DNA of 64,000 nucleotides from Patescibacteria group bacterium (GTDB lineage: Bacteria > Patescibacteriota > Patescibacteriia > Veblenbacterales > UBA10138). Within the stretch, counting starts at the first letter, position 1; each line of letters begins with the position of its first letter. Where the stretch lies: the NCBI GenBank assembly GCA_041648575.1, contig JBAZOT010000003.1, positions 14,895 through 78,894 on the forward strand. Direction: 5' to 3'. This document shows, in pieces, positions 57,914 through 64,000 of this stretch. The notes below the pieces were generated by a model that was given only the letters and a program-made list of their open reading frames with translations, was not told the DNA's origin and searched no databases. Position numbers and translations under genes: made by a program.

Positions 57914-58678
57914 TTAAATCCTTTTGCGTTTTTCCATCACAGAAAGTGTTAAATATACATTAACAAGCCCCCTCATTCTATTATTGGGAGATCCATCTTT
58001 ACCAAGCACTGCATCAGTTATAGAATCACAACCACATCCATAATCTTTTTTATACTGGTCATGAATATACTTTTCTAACACGGGAATAGCTAAAAATTCC
58101 TCAGTAAAAATAAAGTGCTCGTCTTGCTCCGCCAAAATCATTGGTAAAATAATACGCTGATGAATTTGAGAAACCTCTGGTAAGTTGGCTAAAATTGCTG
58201 CTTCATATGTAGTTAATCTACTCTCGTTGATACTACGATTACGACTGACAGCATAATACACGATGTACAAAAAATCTTTTAAATGCTTTTTGTCCTGCTC
58301 CCGATGAGAAATATTCTCATTGCTTGAAAAAAAATTTAAAATATTAAGTACAAATTTACCAATATTTGGATTTTTGTCCTGTGCCAAAAGGCTAAAGTCA
58401 AGACAAGCGCAAAGAACCGAACGTGCCTTTTCCGCTACACTATCGTTATAACAATTCAATTGACTACCTTTATAACTCCTGCCGGGTGACATATCAGCGA
58501 ACTCTATAAGCAAGTTAAAAGCCTGTTCCACCTCAATATATGACTTTTTTACGCCAAAGTACTGACCCACCGCATGGAGCAACCCGATCGCCTCATCTGT
58601 ATTTGTCAAGTTGGGGTTATACAACTTCTCTTCAATTTCTTTGAATGAAGTGGTTGGTGTAAAATCTCGTTGTATCAT
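57914..58678 (-). CDS. hypothetical cytoplasmic protein (orphan)
   Basis: 254 aa with TAGGAG 8 nt before the ATG. I recognise no family. Confidence 0.5.
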   Translation of the reverse strand: MIQRDFTPTTSFKEIEEKLYNPNLTNTDEAIGLLHAVGQYFGVKKSYIEVEQAFNLLIEFADMSPGRSYKGSQLNCYNDSVAEKARSVLCACLDFSLLAQDKNPNIGKFVLNILNFFSSNENISHREQDKKHLKDFLYIVYYAVSRNRSINESRLTTYEAAILANLPEVSQIHQRIILPMILAEQDEHFIFTEEFLAIPVLEKYIHDQYKKDYGCGCDSITDAVLGKDGSPNNRMRGLVNVYLTLSVMEKRKRI

Positions 58679-58836
58679 TGTTAAAACTCCTATATTATTT
58701 TTGTATTTCGCCCGCCTATTTTAGGCCGGCTTGGTTAGTTATTTTTCTCAGGCTTAACCCGAGTATATTACCTTAATACTTTGAGTATTTTAAGTCAAAT
58801 TCTTATTGCCTCGCTAGGGCGTTTGATTTAAATATT

Positions 58837-58967
58837 GCCACCATAGCGAGGGTAAGGTAACGGCGTGGAACCGGAGCGAGCGAAATGGTAGCCGCGTGTT
58901 GTGTCCTTGCGGCATAGCGGCTACCGTGAGCTACGGTAACGCCGTCTTGCCCGAAGCTCTAGGTGGC
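58837..58967 (+). ncRNA. candidate structured RNA or long imperfect palindrome (131 nt)
   Basis: Nested pairs GCCACC/GGTGGC, GGGTAAG/CTTGCCC (a U.G pair only on the plus-strand RNA), ACGGCGT/ACGCCGT and GGTAGCCGC/GCGGCTACC. Possible promoter TTGCCT-17-TAAATA upstream and GGTGG..CCACC-ACTTTTTTT downstream. Confidence 0.3.
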
Positions 58968-58976
58968 GCTTTTTCC

Positions 58977-59001
58977 CACCACTTTTTTTAAAAAAGTGGT
59001 G
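58977..59001. terminator. perfect palindrome CACCACTTTTTT-T-AAAAAAGTGGTG (bidirectional terminator-like)
   Basis: Read directly from the sequence. It lies between the rplT terminator and the GC-rich palindrome. Confidence 0.45.
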
Positions 59002-59021
59002 AAAGACAATTTTTTAATAAA

Positions 59022-59052
59022 AAATCAAAAAACCCCGAACTTAATCGGGGCT
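59022..59052 (-). terminator. intrinsic terminator of the infC-rpmI-rplT operon
   Basis: The minus strand reads CCCCGA-TTAAGT-TCGGGG followed by TTTTTTGATTTTTT. Confidence 0.7.
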
Positions 59053-59073
59053 TGATAAAAAATTTACAGACTA

Positions 59074-59427
59074 TTAAGTTTTGGGTTTAACCATTTCTAC
59101 CACTTTGGAAAAAATAATAGGATGTTCAGCAGCTAATTCAGATAATACTTTTCGGTTCAAAGTAACTTTGGCTTTTTTTAATAAATTAATAAATTGACTA
59201 TAGGTTAACCCATGCTCCCTAACCGCGGCATTTAATCTAATAGTCCAAAGTTTGCGGAACTCCCGCTTACGGTTGCGGCGATCACGATAAGCATAAACAC
59301 CAGCTTTACGAGACGCCACTTTAGCTAGTTTAATCTTACTCTTGCGACCCCAACGGTAACCTTTGGTCCGTTTTAAAATATTTCTTACTCTTTTAGCGTG
59401 CATTACGCCGCGTTTTACTCTAGACAT
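59074..59427 (-). CDS. rplT: 50S ribosomal protein L20
   Basis: MSRVKRGVMHAKRVRNILKRTKGYRWGR is a typical L20 sequence. Confidence 0.95.
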   Translation of the reverse strand: MSRVKRGVMHAKRVRNILKRTKGYRWGRKSKIKLAKVASRKAGVYAYRDRRNRKREFRKLWTIRLNAAVREHGLTYSQFINLLKKAKVTLNRKVLSELAAEHPIIFSKVVEMVKPKT

Positions 59428-59475
59428 AAATTTATAAATCCTAAATTCTAATCCGCCGGTAGGCGGCTAAATTAA

Positions 59476-59673
59476 TTAACTTCCAGGAATTAATTTTCTC
59501 AACGCCCTAACATTAACATCAGCAATAGTTGAATCGCGTCGTTTCGCCATGCTGGTTTTTCCTGACTCTCTAGCATTAAAATGATCCTGACCAGCAGTTC
59601 GTTTTAAAAATTTACCACGAGCGGAAATTTTAAATCGCTTGCTAGATGCTTTATGTGTCTTCTTTTTTGGCAT
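59476..59673 (-). CDS. rpmI: 50S ribosomal protein L35
   Basis: MPKKKTHKASSKRFKISARGKFLKR is a typical L35 sequence. Confidence 0.9.
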   Translation of the reverse strand: MPKKKTHKASSKRFKISARGKFLKRTAGQDHFNARESGKTSMAKRRDSTIADVNVRALRKLIPGS

Positions 59674-59758
59674 AATTATAAATAAAGGGATAAAACAAAA
59701 GCCTTAAAACAGGCTTGCTATATGGCTGATATATTTATACAGTATTTTCAAAAAATAT

Positions 59759-60274
59759 TCAAGTTTTACGCGTAATTTGCATGGACAACCGCCCTCCCTG
59801 CCTAGAAAACGCCGCCTGTACTACTATATTGTCGCCTAATGAAGATATAAAATTATTAAACACCTGCTGGGCTAAATCGCCTCGTGCTTTTTCCCTACCC
59901 CTTAAAATCATTTCCAATTTTATCTGATTTCCTTCTATTAAAAATTTTTCTGCCTGCTTTTTTCTTATTTCCAAATCATGCTTACCAATGTTTAAAGTTA
60001 ATCTTAAACCTTTAACCTCAATTTTCTTAAGTTTCGCTTTTTGCTGCTTTTCCAATTTTTGCTGCTTATACTGAAACTGACCAAAATCCATTATTTTACA
60101 AATTGATGGCCGAACCGTAGGGTTTACTTCTACCAAATCCAAACCAGCCTCTTGCGCCAGCTGTAAGGCAGTATAAGTTGCTACCACGCCCCTGGGCTTG
60201 CCAGTTTCATCTATTAACTGAACCTCGGGTAGACGTATATATTGATTAACTCGATAACGAAATTTATTACTCAA
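59759..60274 (-). CDS. infC: translation initiation factor IF-3
   Basis: Carries INQYIRLPEVQLIDETGKPRGV and C-terminal domain motifs. It has a non-ATG (TTG) start, as is usual for infC. Confidence 0.9.
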   Translation of the reverse strand: MSNKFRYRVNQYIRLPEVQLIDETGKPRGVVATYTALQLAQEAGLDLVEVNPTVRPSICKIMDFGQFQYKQQKLEKQQKAKLKKIEVKGLRLTLNIGKHDLEIRKKQAEKFLIEGNQIKLEMILRGREKARGDLAQQVFNNFISSLGDNIVVQAAFSRQGGRLSMQITRKT

Positions 60275-60292
60275 GTCTTTTTGATTAAATAG

Positions 60293-60550
60293 TTAAATTA
60301 GACTTAATGTTTCTCTTAATATTAGATGTAAAGATTTTTTCCCAGGATTAGTTTTAAAATATTTCTCGCGCCTTAGGGCGTCACCCTTAGCTAAAAAACC
60401 TTCATAAAAAATTAATTTACACGGGCGTCTATTCTTGGTAGCGGGTGCCCCTCCTGCGTTATGTGTTTTAACTCTGTCCTTTAAATTCGAAGTAAAACCA
60501 ATATAAAACTTTTTATCTTTCAAACTATATAATAGGTAAACGTAATACAT
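60293..60550 (-). CDS. GIY-YIG nuclease family protein (small stand-alone type)
   Basis: Matches MYYVYLLYSLKDKKFYIGFTSNLKDRVKTHN...ALRREKYFK. I prefer ATG 60548-50 over the upstream start in the ORF track. Confidence 0.8.
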   Translation of the reverse strand: MYYVYLLYSLKDKKFYIGFTSNLKDRVKTHNAGGAPATKNRRPCKLIFYEGFLAKGDALRREKYFKTNPGKKSLHLILRETLSLI

Positions 60551-60593
60551 TTGTCTACTGCCCTTAAAGTACGCGCTTCGCTTGACTTTAGGG

Positions 60594-60700
60594 CATGAAG
60601 TATATGCTAGCAAATTAATACGCCATGAAGTTGTATAAAGAAGTAAATACTTCTTGGCTCGCCATGAAGTTATGCGAATAAAATGAGCATATACTTCATG
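60594..60700. repeat. cluster of CATGAAGT/ACTTCATG repeats abutting the tmRNA 3' end
   Basis: A 15-bp inverted repeat CATGAAGTATATGCT (60594-608) pairs with AGCATATACTTCATG (60686-700). The direct repeat CGCCATGAAGTT occurs twice, and there is an inner hairpin AGAAGTA-AA-TACTTCT. Confidence 0.6.
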
Positions 60701-61081
60701 GTGGAGATGGCGGGAATTACACCCGCGTCTAAGACAATTAACTTTACCCTTCTACAAACTTAGTCTGATTAATTTTGACAGAAGTCAAATCAGACCAAAG
60801 CCCCTGTCAATCTGTCCTAAGTAATGTCGGCCTAAGCACTAGAACAATACTTAAACCCTGCTCGATAAATGACGCTCTATAAGACTATCGAGATCGTCTA
60901 ATAGAACGGCCTCTGCTTAAATTAAGCAAAAGCTGGTGCTAGTGTCAAAGTGCTAAAAGCAGCTTTGGCGCGAGCTACAAATGATTTGGCATTTGTGAAG
61001 TGTGATGCTTTTATTACGCAGACACATCAACTGCGGTCTGCCAGACAAAGATCACTGCCTTATCGATTGTTAAACATCCCC
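60699..61081 (-). ncRNA. ssrA: tmRNA (transfer-messenger RNA)
   Basis: The 5' GGGGATG pairs with the 3' CATCTCC-A-CCA, including a G3.U pair. T-arm GCGGG-TGTAATT-CCCGC. An internal tag frame ends ...LAPAFA-TAA with the stop inside hairpin GCTTAA-TT-TAAGC. Adjacent to smpB. Confidence 0.85.
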
Positions 61082-61167
61082 CAAAGTCAAGCAAGAGTCT
61101 TGGATAAGTGTAAAAAAACTAACCTCTTTTCTCTATCTCTTACTCTTTACTCATCGTTGGCGAAAGT

Positions 61168-61614
61168 TTAATATTTTAACGAGCGTCTAATTTCTCTATT
61201 AACTTCTCTTTTTTTAATAGCTACTCTTTTATCATATTTATTCTTGCCCACAGCCACAGCAATCTCTACCTTTACCATACCGTGAGTAGTATACACTGAA
61301 ATTGGAACAATTGTCAAGCCTTTAACCCTGCCTTTACCTAATAAATAAGAAAGTTCTTTTTGATGCAAAAGTAATTTGCGATCACGCTTTGGCTCGTAAT
61401 TTTTTTGCACACCTCGGGCTGGTGCATAAGGCGCAATATGAGCGCCCACCAACCATAATTCACCCTGTTTGGGAATAACATAACTGCCTTGCAAATTAAT
61501 GCTACCGCGTTTAGCAGATTTCACTTCTGCGCCCTGCAATACCAAACCAGCTTCAAATTTCTCCTGAATATTGAAGTTAAATAGAGCTTTTTTATTGTCA
61601 GCTAAATGAGGCAT
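61168..61614 (-). CDS. smpB: SsrA-binding protein SmpB
   Basis: 148 aa with KFEAGLVLQGAEVKS and RKLLLHQKEL motifs. Confidence 0.95.
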   Translation of the reverse strand: MPHLADNKKALFNFNIQEKFEAGLVLQGAEVKSAKRGSINLQGSYVIPKQGELWLVGAHIAPYAPARGVQKNYEPKRDRKLLLHQKELSYLLGKGRVKGLTIVPISVYTTHGMVKVEIAVAVGKNKYDKRVAIKKREVNREIRRSLKY

Positions 61615-61634
61615 AGATTAATAATAACTTTTTA

Positions 61635-61676
61635 ATAAAAAAATGGCCATCCCGTAAAAATTACTAGGAGATGGCC
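61635..61676 (-). terminator. intrinsic terminator of the 107-aa gene
   Basis: The minus strand reads GGCCATC...GATGGCC followed by ATTTTTTTATT. Confidence 0.5.
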
Positions 61677-61687
61677 TTCTAACTTGT

Positions 61688-62011
61688 TTATTCTTTTTCT
61701 TCGCGTTCGCACCGTTCAATGAATCTTCGGATTCGTTCCGAACCGCTATATGCATCATTACTAAATAATATGACACCAATGCCCACGTGTCTAACATCAA
61801 TGGCAGTGGCGGTTATTATCTTAGTAACAACCAGAAGGCCACGAAGATAAATTCTTCGCATCCTAGGTATCAACCAGGTGAAAGGAATAATAATGCAAAC
61901 AACATCAAATGGTGTTGGTAAATTAATGAAACGAGTAGCTGCCACTAATAATAAAATTGAAGAAATGACAGCAACTAGCACGAGGATAAAACGTACAATT
62001 TTATGCGACAT
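61688..62011 (-). CDS. hypothetical membrane protein
   Basis: 107 aa with two N-terminal TM helices. It is the last minus-strand gene before the strand switch. Confidence 0.5.
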   Translation of the reverse strand: MSHKIVRFILVLVAVISSILLLVAATRFINLPTPFDVVCIIIPFTWLIPRMRRIYLRGLLVVTKIITATAIDVRHVGIGVILFSNDAYSGSERIRRFIERCEREEKE

Positions 62012-62111
62012 TATATGTCCCTTTAATTAAGTTGAACATTTATTTTTTTATTTTTTATTTAAAAGTACAGCTATTTATACTATATCAAATCCCTAATTTT
62101 GTCAATGGTAA

Positions 62112-62148
62112 TTATCCACAAGCTGGCCTTGACAAATTCTGTGGATAT
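62112..62148. promoter_or_regulatory. pair of inverted DnaA-box-like sites flanking a -35 element
   Basis: TTATCCACA (62112-20, perfect consensus) and TGTGGATAT (62140-48, 8/9). An AT-rich tract lies at about 62040-62065. Confidence 0.4.
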
Positions 62149-62156
62149 GCTATCAT
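62129..62156 (+). promoter_or_regulatory. promoter TTGACA-16-TATCAT with TGC extended -10
   Basis: TTGACA (62129-34) and TGC TATCAT (62148-56), about 200 nt upstream of ATG 62363. A second TTGACA-17-TAAAGT is at 62185-62213. Confidence 0.5.
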
Positions 62157-62362
62157 ATAATGTTTTGAAGGTTTTGATTGAATTTTGACAATTGAAAAGC
62201 TCGGTAGTAAAGTCTTGCCTGTGCACGGACAAGGTAACCCCTTTATTATCGGGCCCAATTAGGTGCTAATAATTACTAAAACCAAAAACCCGTTTTTGTG
62301 TTGTCAGTCTTGTGGGTTACAAGATTGAAACAAACAAAAACATATAGGAAGGAAATATTCCT

Positions 62363-63250
62363 ATGGAAAAAAATAACATAAATAACGCAGTAGTTGATGA
62401 GGCGTTGAATGATACAGCGCCGATAACAACTGTGGAACCGGAATCAACGTCGCCTACTCCGGATCCGACACTAGCAATAGATGATCGACCAGAGCCAGAT
62501 CTTGCTCCAACAGGAGACGATCAATCGTGGTTCCAAAAAAATATTCTTTTAATCGGCCTGATTGTCGGGGTCGTGTTGGTGGCACTCATACTATTTGCGT
62601 TTAAGTCATGTGGCGGAGACGATAAGGGCACAAAAAAAACGACAAAGATCGTTGACTCAACAGCCGTAGCTGATTCAACTGCGAGGGCTAAAGCCGACTC
62701 GCTCGTGAAGGCTAAAGAACTCGGCTATCAAAATCTTATTGATTCACTAAATAAGATGCAGCCAATGAATCTATTGGACGTTATTTCTCAACTCGACGTT
62801 CAAGGAAAAATCTGGAAAAGCCAGGTTAAGGCAGTACAAACAGTGACTGGTAATCTTCACCAGAAAGCGCTGGCACTCGACGGCCAATCTAGAGTTGGAG
62901 TATGGGGTCAAATTACCCAAATGTCATCAACACTACCCAGTGTTTCCACTATTCCCGAGATCCTCAACACTATCTCAGCAGATGTTGTTGAGATAAAAAA
63001 GGACATAAAGGAACATCGGAAAGGTGCTCGTGCCTCTCATAATCAAGCGGTTGCCCAGCGCAATGAAATCCAGAACCAACTAGACGATCTGGATACTCAA
63101 ATAACTATGGCTCGTGGTGCACTTACTACTGCCAAAGAAGAGCTCAAAAAAGCTCTTCAATCTGGTGAGCAATCAAAAATTGATAACCAGATGATAAATC
63201 TCCAGCTTCGTCTTGAAGCTCTGGAAAGATTACAGAAAATACATAAGTAA
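62363..63250 (+). CDS. membrane-anchored coiled-coil protein
   Basis: 295 aa with a Pro/Thr/Asp-rich N-terminus, one TM helix (ILLIGLIVGVVLVALILFAF) and a long C-terminal coiled coil. RBS AGGAAGGA. Confidence 0.55.
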   Translation: MEKNNINNAVVDEALNDTAPITTVEPESTSPTPDPTLAIDDRPEPDLAPTGDDQSWFQKNILLIGLIVGVVLVALILFAFKSCGGDDKGTKKTTKIVDSTAVADSTARAKADSLVKAKELGYQNLIDSLNKMQPMNLLDVISQLDVQGKIWKSQVKAVQTVTGNLHQKALALDGQSRVGVWGQITQMSSTLPSVSTIPEILNTISADVVEIKKDIKEHRKGARASHNQAVAQRNEIQNQLDDLDTQITMARGALTTAKEELKKALQSGEQSKIDNQMINLQLRLEALERLQKIHK

Positions 63251-63274
63251 CCATCAATAAACATTGAGGTTACG

Positions 63275-63310
63275 AAGGAGTTATCAACGCATAACTCCTT
63301 TTTTATTTTT
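63275..63310 (+). terminator. intrinsic terminator
   Basis: AAGGAGTTAT-CAACGC-ATAACTCCTT followed by TTTTATTTTT. Confidence 0.7.
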
Positions 63311-63327
63311 AAGCCTTAGTGTTTGCC

Positions 63328-63398
63328 GTCATTGCGATTGTCACCCTACGGGTGATCTCCCGAAGGGACGACTTCGTCACGTTGTTCCTCGCAATGAC
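63328..63398. repeat. 71-bp palindromic element with GTCATTGCGA/TCGCAATGAC termini
   Basis: Perfect 10-bp terminal inverted repeat. Inner hairpins are TCACCC-TAC-GGGTGA, TCCC-GAA-GGGA and GACGA-CT-TCGTC. The termini match those of the pheT insert. Confidence 0.7.
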
Positions 63399-63407
63399 AA
63401 AAAAATG

Positions 63408-63425
63408 GTTGTTCCTCACAATGAC
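63408..63425. repeat. solo right-end copy GTTGTTCCTCACAATGAC
   Basis: Matches 63381-63398 at 17/18, lying 27 nt downstream of it. Confidence 0.55.
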
Positions 63426-63450
63426 CAAAAAACGACCAAACGCGTAGGTC

Positions 63451-64000
63451 CTATTTATTTAATATCTGCTCGGCTTTACCGATTAAGTTCTGAGCTTGAA
63501 ATTGCTTTTCTATCAACTCCGCTTTTCCAATCAATGCTTGAGCATTGGTTTTGCTTACCACCAACTTTTCCAAATTCTCGCCAATAGTACCAGAAAGCTT
63601 GCCTTGAGATAATTTATGCCCCAAAGTAGTATCTAATTCTTGGTACAATTTATCAATCATCGCTTGCTGTTCCCCGCCGTAACTGCCCTTAAAACTCGCT
63701 AATGCTGTTTTGGTATCAAGCGACAATACTTTATTTACTAAATTATGATCTTGAGCAGCAGGAATTATTTCAAATCTGCTTTTTAATATTCTCACATAAT
63801 CAGCCAGCTCGGTTTGCGCGTTTTTAGCCAGCTCATAAGTATGTGTCACAGTTTCAGCATCAAATTTATTTTTATCAATAAATTCCACTGCTAAATTTTT
63901 ATTAGTAGCAGGCGACAATAACTTGGTCTGTAATTTTACACCGTCAGTGACGCGATTATGCTTTACCATCTCGTCTACATAATTATAATCAACTTCTTTC
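63451..64000 (-). CDS. hypothetical helical protein; the 5' end probably lies beyond the window
   Basis: The frame stays open upstream of the M at 63969 (KEVDYNYVDEMVKHN...). The C-terminus has the internal repeat LIGKAE. No family recognised. Confidence 0.5.
   Translation of the reverse strand, partial: KEVDYNYVDEMVKHNRVTDGVKLQTKLLSPATNKNLAVEFIDKNKFDAETVTHTYELAKNAQTELADYVRILKSRFEIIPAAQDHNLVNKVLSLDTKTALASFKGSYGGEQQAMIDKLYQELDTTLGHKLSQGKLSGTIGENLEKLVVSKTNAQALIGKAELIEKQFQAQNLIGKAEQILNK

Noticed and set aside
60950-61171. 73-aa plus-strand ORF.
   Set aside because: It mostly overlaps the tmRNA gene (60699-61081) on the opposite strand and extends into the short tmRNA-smpB spacer.
63264-63587. 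107-aa ORF (contains VVPRNDK); likewise 24156-24371 (FLDSPTTRGKPLEFIPA) and 31443-31688.
   Set aside because: These are translations through palindromic repeat elements and terminators. They have no start context and overlap better-supported features.

Overview
This is a 64-kb, AT-rich bacterial chromosome segment that uses the standard genetic code (TGA serves as a stop for atpG and ileS). The gene content suggests an uncultivated small-genome bacterium of the Patescibacteria/CPR type; this is inference, since no search was run. Supporting traits are compact housekeeping operons, pilin-like proteins, Gmad2/GerMN envelope proteins and many orphan membrane proteins. About 60 of roughly 66 genes are on the minus strand. 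They include dut, dcd, rplA, rplK, nusG, secE, gyrB, pheST and a complete F1Fo ATP synthase operon. Also present are rmuC, tatD, metG, rsmI, glyQS, tgt, recO, ileS, argS, the infC-rpmI-rplT cluster, smpB and tmRNA. I found no rRNA, tRNA, CRISPR array, transposase, integrase or reverse transcriptase. What stands out is small-scale structure that the ORF track does not explain. (1) Two copies of a roughly 145-bp MITE-like element, each with 20-bp terminal inverted repeats and a CATA target duplication, sit exactly between a stop codon and the next start codon (secE/nusG and recO/surface protein). (2) A family of GC-rich palindromes has GTCAT...ATGAC ends, and one 66-nt copy is inserted in frame and codon-aligned in pheT. 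(3) A pilin-like membrane gene is inserted into the 3' end of pheS, leaving a duplicated pheS tail. (4) A 193-nt rod-shaped RNA candidate (6S-like) has a consensus promoter. (5) An 885-bp foldback cassette carries a leaderless SDR gene. (6) An antisense mini-gene splits atpG from atpD. (7) A three-gene accessory islet is punctuated by 38-bp perfect palindromes and an ArsR regulator. (8) A split HgdC-activase/DUF2229/HgdB-like radical-enzyme module is co-transcribed between dcd and dut. (9) A membrane-anchored ClpC-like ATPase is present. (10) The strand bias switches at about 62.1 kb, next to DnaA boxes. All functional calls rest on motif recognition by eye, and no database search or computation was possible.
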